NCBI GenBank assembly: GCA_965242805.1
Contig: CBDETD010000002.1
Location: 413,156-477,155 of the forward strand
Reading direction: 5' to 3'
DNA: 64,000 bases
Source: Cyclobacteriaceae bacterium
GTDB taxonomy: Bacteria > Bacteroidota > Bacteroidia > Cytophagales > Cyclobacteriaceae
Positions 8,832 to 17,537 of the stretch are shown here, piece by piece (positions within the stretch are counted from its first letter, which is position 1; the number at the start of each line of letters is the position of its first letter). The notes beneath the pieces were generated by a model. That model had not been told where the DNA came from, ran no database searches, and saw only the letters and a list, made by a program, of their open reading frames with translations. Position numbers and translations under genes: made by a program.

Positions 8832-10412
8832 ATGAAAAGCACATTAATACTCACCTTATTTCTCTTATCAGTTGCATGCGCTGATCAATCAGAACAGTAC
8901 AAGACCATCTCAGAAGATGTTTTGCGAAACAAAATAGCCGGAGGTTGGGCTGGTAAGATGATTGGCGTGTCCTATGGAGCACCTACGGAATTTGTTTACA
9001 ATGGTGTTATCAACGAAGATCCCATCGATTGGTCTCCTGAAACTCTGCGAGAATCAATAACTCAAGATGATTTGTACGTACAGATGAGCTTTATGATGAC
9101 CATGGATGAATTTGGGATGGATGCCCCCGTCGAGAAATTTGGAGAAGCGTTTGCCAATGCAGGCTATATGTTGTGGCACGCAAACCGGGGAGCTAGAATG
9201 AACATTTGGAACGGAATTATGCCCCCACAATCCGGACATCCGGATTATAATCTGCATGCCGATGATATTGACTTTCAGATTGAAGCCGATTACATAGGGT
9301 TAATGAGTCCTGCAATGCCACAAACATCCAACAAGATTTGCCACAAGATCGGTCATATCATGAACTATGGTGATGGCGTGTATGGGGGTATGTTTGTCAG
9401 TGCCCTCTATGCTGCGGCATACTTCGAAAACGATATTAGCCAGGTACTGTATAAGGCCATGAAGTCATTACCTTATGAAAGTCAGTATCACGAGATATTG
9501 AGAGATGTGGTTGATGGCTATCAAAGGAACCCGACAGACTGGAAAAAAACATGGAAAGAAATATACGATAAGTGGGGAGAGAAAGACATCTGTTGTGCGC
9601 TTTCCGATTTCAATATTGATGCAAAACTCAACGGTGCTTTCATAGCCATGGGATTGCTTTATGGGGAAGGAGAATTTGAGAAAAGTATGGAAATAAGCAC
9701 CCGATGTGGAGCTGATTCGGATTGTAACCCTTCTAATTGCGCTGGAGTCATGGGGATCATTCTCGGATACGATAATATCCCTTCAGAATGGACCCGGTAC
9801 ATTGATGAAATTTCAGATTCGCTTTTCATTTACACGGATTATTCCTTCAATAAAGCAGTTGACAGAACATTACATTATGCCAAGAAATTGATTGTAGAAA
9901 ATGGTGGCAAAGTAGAAGATGGTATGCTCTACATCAAAGAACAGGAACCAGCCCCTGCGAAACTGGAAGTTTCATTTCCAGCTACAACACCCAAAGAAAA
10001 AGTGACCCTCGACGATGAAGACTATTGGGAATGGAAAGGTGACTGGAAGACCGTTCAACAATCCAACCAATGGGAGTATGAAGAAAAACAAAAACAGGCT
10101 GACCAGGAGGGATCTGAGGTAGTTCTCAAATTCAATGGAACCGGTGCAGTCATCCTGGGCAGGTTTGACGTGGACTCTGGTCAAATAGATATATATGTGG
10201 ACGATCAATTCCACCGTTCCAGAGACAATTACTACAAGGTAATGGACTGGGGGGCAGGAGATGGCTGGCTTAATGGTGCCCATCTGGCACATGTAATGAA
10301 TTTGGAACCGGGTGACCACACCATTAAAATGGTGATCACTGGTAAGAAGAATAATAACTCAACAGGTACCAAGCTTAAGGTGGCAAGAGCCATTATCTAT
10401 GATAGAATCTAA
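8832..10412 (+). CDS. ADP-ribosylglycohydrolase (ARH)-fold lipoprotein with a C-terminal beta-sandwich domain
   Basis: The lipobox is LLSVACAD. The N-terminal ARH motif is IAGGWAGKMIGVSYGAPTEF, with DDLYVQMSF further on. The C-terminal metal-site-like motif is RCGADSDCNPSNCAGVMGIILG. About 140 aa of beta-rich sequence follow. Confidence 0.75.
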   Translation: MKSTLILTLFLLSVACADQSEQYKTISEDVLRNKIAGGWAGKMIGVSYGAPTEFVYNGVINEDPIDWSPETLRESITQDDLYVQMSFMMTMDEFGMDAPVEKFGEAFANAGYMLWHANRGARMNIWNGIMPPQSGHPDYNLHADDIDFQIEADYIGLMSPAMPQTSNKICHKIGHIMNYGDGVYGGMFVSALYAAAYFENDISQVLYKAMKSLPYESQYHEILRDVVDGYQRNPTDWKKTWKEIYDKWGEKDICCALSDFNIDAKLNGAFIAMGLLYGEGEFEKSMEISTRCGADSDCNPSNCAGVMGIILGYDNIPSEWTRYIDEISDSLFIYTDYSFNKAVDRTLHYAKKLIVENGGKVEDGMLYIKEQEPAPAKLEVSFPATTPKEKVTLDDEDYWEWKGDWKTVQQSNQWEYEEKQKQADQEGSEVVLKFNGTGAVILGRFDVDSGQIDIYVDDQFHRSRDNYYKVMDWGAGDGWLNGAHLAHVMNLEPGDHTIKMVITGKKNNNSTGTKLKVARAIIYDRI

Positions 10413-10416
10413 TGAA

Positions 10417-10884
10417 ATGAAATACTTCAGATTTAATCTTGCGCTCCTCGGCATCTGTTTAGCCATCACACCAGCTAATTCACAAAAGGCAGATCACCCA
10501 CACAAAGCTACCGTTCACACTTTTAACAAAGCTTGGAATAACGGTAACTACGATCTGTTAGAGAAGGTAGTACATCCGGAGTATAAAAAACTAGAAGGGG
10601 ATCTTATTATAAAGGGAATCGAGCCTTTGAAAAAATATGTCAGGGACTATCGTGAATCTTATGTCAATGTAAAAATCACCTACATCGATGAAGTATATGG
10701 TGAAGAGAAGGCAGCCATCAACTTTACTATTGAGGGAACACCGAAAGAAAGTGGAAAAAAATTTAAGGCTGAGGGGATCGTAATCTTTCGGTTCCTAGAC
10801 GGAAAAATAATTGAAGATCATAGCGTTTTTGATCAATTATCAGCATTAAGACAGCAGGGATATATTCTTAAAACACCAAATTAA
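10417..10884 (+). CDS. SnoaL/NTF2-like (ester-cyclase-like) secreted protein
   Basis: A signal peptide (MKYFRFNLALLGICLAITPANSQ) is followed by the NTF2-like pattern FNKAWNNGNYDLLEKVVHPEY...GIVIFRFLDGKIIEDHSVFD. I chose the start at 10417 over the track start at 10399, which overlaps the upstream gene. Confidence 0.6.
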   Translation: MKYFRFNLALLGICLAITPANSQKADHPHKATVHTFNKAWNNGNYDLLEKVVHPEYKKLEGDLIIKGIEPLKKYVRDYRESYVNVKITYIDEVYGEEKAAINFTIEGTPKESGKKFKAEGIVIFRFLDGKIIEDHSVFDQLSALRQQGYILKTPN

Positions 10885-10917
10885 TCACCTAATGATCACT
10901 TCGCATCAACTTAAATT

Positions 10918-11949
10918 ATGCAAAAGAGAGAATTGAAAATTCAGACATTTATTTTTTTTATACTGGCATTATTCCTTATGACTTGTAACGATGTCAGTTC
11001 CGAGAAAACCAAATTGATCTTTGATACGGATGCCAACAACGAACTGGACGATCAACATGCCCTTGCTTATTTACTATTCAATGGTAACCATTTTGAAGTT
11101 GAAGGTATCACGGTAAACAGGACCAGAAACGGGGGGAATATTGACCAACATTACAAGGAGGCTGAAAGGGTTGTCCGATTGTGTGGTCTTTTTGGACAGA
11201 TAGATATCTATAAAGGTGCTGATGGTAATTTTGATGAGATAAAGGAAAGCGTCAATGAACCCACATTCGACGGTGAGGAAGCAGTTAATTTCATTATCTC
11301 AACTGTCAAGGGCAATTCAAATGGGAGGTTTTTACTACTGCCCGTAGGAAAGCTAACCAATATTGCGTTGGCCCTTCATAAGGAGCCATCTATTGCTGAT
11401 CAGGTAAGAATCGTCTGGCTTGGTTCCAACTATCCCGATCCTGGTGAGTACAACCAGGAAAATGATCCCTCCGCACTGCAATACATCCTCGACCTGGAGG
11501 TGGAATTTGAAATAGTGCTAGTTCGGTATGATGAACCATCAGGCACCGATGCAGTCAAGGCATTTTTACCTGACATCCGAGAAATCATGCCCAACAAAGG
11601 ACCACAAATTTCCAGTCCTGTTACTGGTAGGCATGGTAATGAATTTTCAAATTTTGGTGATTATTCGGTTAGCTTATTTGAGAATATAGAAGAGTTTGAC
11701 GATGGATTTGACGAAGGTTATGATCAGGCAAGGGCTCTCTTTGATATGGCGGCAGTAGCAATCTTGAAAAACCCTTCCTGGGCTGTACCTTCTGAGATAC
11801 CCAGTCCGGAACTTGTGAGCGGTATTTGGAAAGATAGACCTGAAAATCCTCGAAAGATCACCATTTGGGAAAATTTTAACAAGGAAGAGATCATGGAAGA
11901 TTTCTATAGCACCATGGAAAACTACACACTCGTTAATTCCATTAAATGA
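10918..11949 (+). CDS. Inosine-uridine-preferring-type nucleoside hydrolase family lipoprotein
   Basis: The lipobox-like signal is FLMTCND. Immediately after it comes the N-terminal aspartate cluster DTDANNELDDQHALAYLL (DxDxxxDD), which is diagnostic of IU nucleoside hydrolases. Confidence 0.85.
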   Translation: MQKRELKIQTFIFFILALFLMTCNDVSSEKTKLIFDTDANNELDDQHALAYLLFNGNHFEVEGITVNRTRNGGNIDQHYKEAERVVRLCGLFGQIDIYKGADGNFDEIKESVNEPTFDGEEAVNFIISTVKGNSNGRFLLLPVGKLTNIALALHKEPSIADQVRIVWLGSNYPDPGEYNQENDPSALQYILDLEVEFEIVLVRYDEPSGTDAVKAFLPDIREIMPNKGPQISSPVTGRHGNEFSNFGDYSVSLFENIEEFDDGFDEGYDQARALFDMAAVAILKNPSWAVPSEIPSPELVSGIWKDRPENPRKITIWENFNKEEIMEDFYSTMENYTLVNSIK

Positions 11950-11983
11950 AAGAAAATTTGGCTATCCCCGAGAGGACATATAC

Positions 11984-14900
11984 ATGAATAGAATTAGTAA
12001 AATATTACTTCTGATTTTGCTGGTACACGTTCATTTTTTAGATGGACAGACGATTAGTAAAGCGGAATACAAAGAAAAATTGCGTGGCTTCTGGCTGGGC
12101 AGTAGCATCGCTAATTGGACAGGATTGAAAACTGAGGGGTTGCGCAATAAGAAACCTTACTTTACGGACGAGGACTGGAATACCGACCAGGGACGGGAAT
12201 GGCTTGGCACCAACATAGATTTTGTACTGGATCAGGAAATTTGGGGCGCTGATGATGATACGGATATTGAGTACATCTATCAACATGCATTGGAGACTTA
12301 CAATACCTATCAGTTAACCGGAGACCAAATCAGAACACAATGGCTCGATCACATCTCGGCAGAGGAAGAGAATTACTTATGGGTGTCCAATCAAACAGCG
12401 TTTGACCTTATGATGGAGGAAAATATGGTTCCTCCGGTAACGTCGTTACCTCATCTCAATGAGAATTGGGAGATGATAGATGCCCAGCTGACCACTGAGA
12501 TCTTTGGCTTACTGGCACCTACGAATCCTGATGTGGCCCTTGATATTTCTTACCTCCCCATCAGAACTACTGCCTATTCACACTCTTTGTATGCAGCCCA
12601 ATTCTATGTCATCATGCATGCTCTGGCCAGCAGTGTTGACCAAGGATTGTCTCGCCGGGACCAGGTCTTGTGGTTGGCAGATTCTGCCAGAACCTACATT
12701 CCTGAATCATCCTATATCGCTAAAATGTACGATTGGGTAAGAAATGAGTACATGAATTCAACGGATATAAATGACTGGGAATCAGTAAGAGATGAGTTTC
12801 ATGATGTGTACATAGAAGGAGGTGCCGATGACTATACGTACTCAGCATTTTACGACTGTGGCAGTAATTTCGGATTCAGTATTGTGAGTTTACTTTTTGG
12901 AGAGGGAGACTACAAAAGGACTGTCCAGATAGGTACCCTTTCAGGTCAGGATTCGGACAATCCCACTGCGACGTGGGGAGGCTTACTTGGATTTATGTAT
13001 GGTTTCGACGGATTGAAAGAACATTTCGATAATTACGATTTTTCAGAGCAGTACGATATCAGTCGTACTCGTATCAATTTTGGAGAAGGTGTGGATACCT
13101 TTTCTGCCATGGCTGAAAGACTTCTTCCAATTATTGACAAGGTTGTAGTTGAAAAAATGAAGGGTACCGCCTCGGAAGAAACCTGGACCATTGATGTGCA
13201 AGCTGCAAGTAAGTACTTTGTATCATCAGTAAATGGAACACCTGATGGAGATGGAAGTCAGGAAAAGCCATGGGATTCCCTTGATGACATCGATAATTTT
13301 GCGTTTTCACCTGGTGACTCTGTTCTGTTTGAACAAGGATCTGAATGGGTCGGATCTTTTGAAATCACATCTTCCGGATCGCTGAATTCTCCAGTCGTAT
13401 TTACCTCATACGGTTCAGGAAACAGACCCGCCATAAGCAATCCTGATGGGACTGTAAACGATGGAAACGCAATTCGTATTTCTGGAAGCCACATTGTAAT
13501 AGATGACCTTTACATTTATGATTGTGGATTAAGCGGGCCACGTACTGTTGGGGGCATCGCTTCTTTCAATCGGGACGATCATCACATCACCGTTCAAAAC
13601 AGTGAATTCAGCGGATGTCGGGTAGGAGTTAGGCTCTATGCCCATGATGTGTTGATAACCAACAACTATCTGCATAGTCCCGGAGGAGGTATTAATGAGT
13701 GGTGGGGACCTATGAGTATAGTAGGAGCGGGGTATAGCGGAGAGATCTCTTACAACACTATTGAAGGATTTTTGGCACCTAACAACTATGGTTTTGATGG
13801 GGGAGCCATCGAACTGGATGATGAAGGCATTCATGTTGATTGGAAGATACATCATAATATCAGTCGAGGTAACGAAGGTTTCTTGGAAACTTACGATGAT
13901 TCCGAATGTGATGATTGTACCTGGGGTGGGATTGAGATATATTATAACTATAGTGATGATTACCAGTGGTTTATGGATGGACCCATCGGGAATGATCCTG
14001 TTATCGAAAACAATACGATACTGAGGGTATTGCCGGCCAATACCGATTTCAACTGGGGTATCAGCCTTCATCACACCATTCCACAGGGATCAGTTCGTAA
14101 CAATATATTCGTCCTGGCCAATGGAGTAAAAGCCTTTGAGTGGGAAAATCCAGGATCCGCACCAAGCAATAACATTTACTTCTCGGTTGATGGCAGCCTG
14201 AATAATCCCAAAGGATATGCATTAGGAGAGAATGAAATAATCGGTGATCCACTATTTATCGATTACGAATCCCGTGATTTGCGACTACGAAAAGGCAGTC
14301 CGGCTGTTGATAGAGGTGAAATTTCCGACTATACCGTAGACCTCAACGGGAATCCCGTCCCATTGGGGAATGCACCAGATCTGGGCGCCTATGAATCCTC
14401 ATTTTTCGCTATCGTTCCTCGCATTGAGTTTGTGATTGACGAATTGACCATTGAACTAGATGGTAATGGCAGCTTGGCTGAGGACGGGCAGAGCATCACA
14501 GGCTATTCCTGGGATTTCGGAGACGAGACCAGTGGTTCGGGAAGCGCTGTATCGCATACATATGGTGATGCTGGAAACTACATCATTACGTTGACAGTGA
14601 CATCCTCTTCCGGGGAATCCGCCAGTATTACCAAATCCGTTACTGTCATTAAGCCACCGGATCCAATTGAAAATATGTGGCGCTCATTTGACGTACAGCT
14701 CCTAGCCGGAAATCCCCAAGCCACAGTAAGCGATGGAATAACCAGCGTTGACCTTCAATTTTATGAATCAACCAATGATGACGGAGTCAATAAGGGTGAA
14801 CTGTTGTCACCTTACAATCCTGGAGGTCATTCGGAAGATTTTAATCATGTTGAAAATTACTGGGGAGAAGACTATCCATACATAGGCAAAAGCACAGTAC

Positions 14901-15532
14901 CGCAAGGTGATGATACTGAAGAATCCAGGGAACAATTTCCAGGTGTGCTCGATTTACAAATGCATCCCCCAAGCAATGATCACTTGATTGTCTGTGCATT
15001 TGAAGCGCCATTTGCAGGAAACTATATTGTATCGAACTTGGCAATAAGGCGTGTCTACGATGAAGGTTCGGAAGCAGCATTGAAGCTATTTGGTCCAGAC
15101 AAGGAATTGTTGGCCACACTAACGGGTAACTCCCGGTCCTGGAAGTACGATGTGAAAACCTATACCTTAAGAAATGTTGCCGAAGGTGACCTGATTTATT
15201 TTGCCGTGGATAATGTGGATGGATTTGCCTATGATGCTATTGAAGTATTGTGGAGTATTAGATTTGATGGGCTTAAAACGGGATCCAATCATTCCCTGGA
15301 TAGTCGGGATATCAATATTTATCCAAATCCGTCCGCAGGAATGGTTCATATATCTCTTGATAGAGATGCGAGAAGTACTGATTCTGCGCTCTATATAAGG
15401 GATATGGCCGGTAGGGAGATTGACAGGTATAATTTAAGGGACCAAAATTTAACGCTGGACTTATCACATTTTCCTCCGGGAGTCTATTTTTTACAATACG
15501 GTAGGGTTTCAAAACGGATAATAATCAGCTAA
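11984..15532 (+). CDS. Multidomain secreted protein: ARH-fold domain, right-handed beta-helix, PKD domain, unknown domain and T9SS C-terminal sorting domain
   Basis: The ARH motifs are LRGFWLGSSIANWTGLKTEG and GTLSGQDSDNPTATWGGLLGFMYG (approx nt 12050-13190). The beta-helix spans approx 13240-14400 (NNYLH.., HHNISRGN, ENNTI, PLFIDYESRDLRLRKGSPAVDRG). The PKD domain (YSWDFGDETSGSGSAVSHTYGDAGNYIITLTV) spans approx 14425-14650. The type-A CTD is INIYPNPSAGMVHISL...PGVYFLQY at the C-terminus. Confidence 0.8.
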   Translation: MNRISKILLLILLVHVHFLDGQTISKAEYKEKLRGFWLGSSIANWTGLKTEGLRNKKPYFTDEDWNTDQGREWLGTNIDFVLDQEIWGADDDTDIEYIYQHALETYNTYQLTGDQIRTQWLDHISAEEENYLWVSNQTAFDLMMEENMVPPVTSLPHLNENWEMIDAQLTTEIFGLLAPTNPDVALDISYLPIRTTAYSHSLYAAQFYVIMHALASSVDQGLSRRDQVLWLADSARTYIPESSYIAKMYDWVRNEYMNSTDINDWESVRDEFHDVYIEGGADDYTYSAFYDCGSNFGFSIVSLLFGEGDYKRTVQIGTLSGQDSDNPTATWGGLLGFMYGFDGLKEHFDNYDFSEQYDISRTRINFGEGVDTFSAMAERLLPIIDKVVVEKMKGTASEETWTIDVQAASKYFVSSVNGTPDGDGSQEKPWDSLDDIDNFAFSPGDSVLFEQGSEWVGSFEITSSGSLNSPVVFTSYGSGNRPAISNPDGTVNDGNAIRISGSHIVIDDLYIYDCGLSGPRTVGGIASFNRDDHHITVQNSEFSGCRVGVRLYAHDVLITNNYLHSPGGGINEWWGPMSIVGAGYSGEISYNTIEGFLAPNNYGFDGGAIELDDEGIHVDWKIHHNISRGNEGFLETYDDSECDDCTWGGIEIYYNYSDDYQWFMDGPIGNDPVIENNTILRVLPANTDFNWGISLHHTIPQGSVRNNIFVLANGVKAFEWENPGSAPSNNIYFSVDGSLNNPKGYALGENEIIGDPLFIDYESRDLRLRKGSPAVDRGEISDYTVDLNGNPVPLGNAPDLGAYESSFFAIVPRIEFVIDELTIELDGNGSLAEDGQSITGYSWDFGDETSGSGSAVSHTYGDAGNYIITLTVTSSSGESASITKSVTVIKPPDPIENMWRSFDVQLLAGNPQATVSDGITSVDLQFYESTNDDGVNKGELLSPYNPGGHSEDFNHVENYWGEDYPYIGKSTVPQGDDTEESREQFPGVLDLQMHPPSNDHLIVCAFEAPFAGNYIVSNLAIRRVYDEGSEAALKLFGPDKELLATLTGNSRSWKYDVKTYTLRNVAEGDLIYFAVDNVDGFAYDAIEVLWSIRFDGLKTGSNHSLDSRDINIYPNPSAGMVHISLDRDARSTDSALYIRDMAGREIDRYNLRDQNLTLDLSHFPPGVYFLQYGRVSKRIIIS

Positions 15533-15578
15533 TGGTATTATATGGAAACTATTAATTCACATCTATAAAGAAAATATT

Positions 15579-16577
15579 ATGTTCATAGTCGAATCTTATC
15601 CTCTGGCAGTTTTATTATGCATTGTAACCATGCTTTGCTGGGGGTCCTGGGCAAACACCCAGAAGATGGCTTCCAGGGATTGGGGATTTCCGCTGTTCTA
15701 CTGGGACTACACCCTTGGAATAATTATCCTTTCCCTCGTATTCGGACTTACATTGGGTAGTGTGGGGGTCAGTGGACAGGCATTCGTTCCCAATCTGCTC
15801 CAGGCCACTGTGAATGCTATATTATTAGCGCTTTTGGGAGGCCTCATTTTCAACATTGCCAATTTGCTTTTGGTAGCTGCTATCGATGTAGCTGGTATGG
15901 CTATTGCTTTTCCAATCGGTATCGGTATTGCACTAGTCTTAGGAGTCATTGTCAACTATGTGGCAGTACCTATTGGGGATCCAACTTTATTGTTTCTGGG
16001 AGTAGGTCTTGTTGCGATAGCCATTATTGTTGATGCATTGGCCTATAAAAGGATATCGACCGGTACGGCTACCAAAAAGGGGATATTATTGTCATTGTCT
16101 GCCGGCATTCTGATGGGTTTCTTTTATCGCTTTGTGGCTGCATCGATGTCTGCTGATTTTGGTAACACAACCCCGGGACTTCTGACCCCTTACACGGCTG
16201 TGTTTGTGTTTGCCATAGGCATCTTTCTATCAAACTTCCTGTTCAATACATTCTTTATGTATAGGCCCGTGAGCGGTGGCAAGGTCACCTACTCAGATTA
16301 CCTTAAGAAAGGGACTCCAAGGTTACATATCATTGGAATTTTTGGAGGTATCATCTGGGCCATTGGAATGTTACTCAATATGATTGCTGCAGGTACCGCT
16401 GGCTTTGCTATTTCGTATGGCTTAGGTCAGGGAGCAACAATGGTTGCCGCCATCTGGGGGGTATTTATCTGGAAAGAATTCAAAGATGCCCCAAAGGGTA
16501 CAAATACCTTAATCTGGTTAATGTTCCTGCTGTTTGCCGCAGGACTTAGTTTAATTATCATCGCAAAAACTGTTTAA
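15579..16577 (+). CDS. Polytopic sugar transporter, DMT superfamily (GRP/RbsU-like), probable ribose importer
   Basis: The 332-aa ORF is almost entirely hydrophobic, with about 10 TM segments in two similar halves. It ends 2 nt before the ribokinase start. The substrate is inferred from context. Confidence 0.6.
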   Translation: MFIVESYPLAVLLCIVTMLCWGSWANTQKMASRDWGFPLFYWDYTLGIIILSLVFGLTLGSVGVSGQAFVPNLLQATVNAILLALLGGLIFNIANLLLVAAIDVAGMAIAFPIGIGIALVLGVIVNYVAVPIGDPTLLFLGVGLVAIAIIVDALAYKRISTGTATKKGILLSLSAGILMGFFYRFVAASMSADFGNTTPGLLTPYTAVFVFAIGIFLSNFLFNTFFMYRPVSGGKVTYSDYLKKGTPRLHIIGIFGGIIWAIGMLLNMIAAGTAGFAISYGLGQGATMVAAIWGVFIWKEFKDAPKGTNTLIWLMFLLFAAGLSLIIIAKTV

Positions 16578-16579
16578 AA

Positions 16580-17509
16580 ATGGGAAAGATAGTTGTCATC
16601 GGCAGTAGCAACACAGATCTGGTTGTAAGCTCAAAGAAGTTACCTTCTCCCGGAGAAACGATACTAGGAGGAGATTTCAATCTAATTGCTGGAGGAAAAG
16701 GGGCAAATCAGGCAGTAGCTGCCGCAAGGGCCGGTAGCGATGTAATGTTTGTCTCCAAAGTTGGCAACGACTATTTTGGCGATAAGGCATTGGAGGGATA
16801 CAAAAAAGATAACATTAACCTGGATCATATTTTCACCGATCCCGATAAACCATCCGGTGTTGCGATCATACTGGTTGATGAGACAACCGGCCAAAATTCT
16901 ATTGTAGTTGCCCCCGGATCGAACAGCTCCTTATCTATTGCCGACATTAAGCAAGTTGAAAAGGAGATCGCACTTGCTGACATCGTATTGGTTCAATTGG
17001 AGATTCCCCTGGAGACCGTGGAGTATGTGTTTCAGGTGGCGAAGGAGCATAAGGTTAAAACCATATTGAATCCGGCCCCCGCTCGACCGCTGTCTGATGA
17101 ATTATTGGGAATGGTCGACATCATAACACCAAACGAAACAGAAACTGAGATCCTTGTGGGGGTTGATCCCGCTGAGGAACAAAATTTAAAGGAAGCAGGG
17201 GAAAGATTACTATCAAAAGTCAGGGGAGCAGTTCTAATTACTTTGGGTGAACAGGGTGTTTATTTTGTTTCCAAAAATGGAGAAAACACCTTGATTCCAT
17301 CGATGAAAGTAAAAGCAGTAGATACAACGGCGGCCGGAGATGTTTTTAACGGATATCTAGCTTCGGCTTTATCAGATGGAAAGAGCTTCGAAGAAGCAAT
17401 TGCAATAGCCAATAAAGCTGCTGCCATTTCAGTTACGATTAGGGGAGCACAGCCATCGATACCTATGATGGACGAACTAGTAAATTTGGGTGAGGTGGTT
17501 ATCAAATGA
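16580..17509 (+). CDS. rbsK: Ribokinase (PfkB family)
   Basis: IVVIGSSNTDLV and GGKGANQAVAAARAG form the ribokinase di-Gly substrate lid. DTTAAGDVFNGYLA is the PfkB anion-hole/catalytic Asp motif. The TPNETE motif is also present. Confidence 0.9.
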   Translation: MGKIVVIGSSNTDLVVSSKKLPSPGETILGGDFNLIAGGKGANQAVAAARAGSDVMFVSKVGNDYFGDKALEGYKKDNINLDHIFTDPDKPSGVAIILVDETTGQNSIVVAPGSNSSLSIADIKQVEKEIALADIVLVQLEIPLETVEYVFQVAKEHKVKTILNPAPARPLSDELLGMVDIITPNETETEILVGVDPAEEQNLKEAGERLLSKVRGAVLITLGEQGVYFVSKNGENTLIPSMKVKAVDTTAAGDVFNGYLASALSDGKSFEEAIAIANKAAAISVTIRGAQPSIPMMDELVNLGEVVIK

Positions 17510-17537
17510 CGTGACCAACTGACCTGAACACCTGAAA

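Noticed and set aside
10399-10416. Upstream start (MIESNE...) for the SnoaL-like gene as given in the track
   Set aside because: It overlaps the preceding gene by 14 nt. The Met at 10417 begins a canonical signal peptide, so the shorter model is preferred.
13529-14074. 181-aa minus-strand ORF, together with many similar 60-130-aa ORFs (for example 3308..3598, 8327..8695, 9972..10319, 32018..32377, 40378..40782, 41547..41912, 59265..59591)
   Set aside because: All lie antisense to, or out of frame within, long CDSs that have strong family motifs. They have odd composition and no signal or domain features, so they are shadow ORFs.
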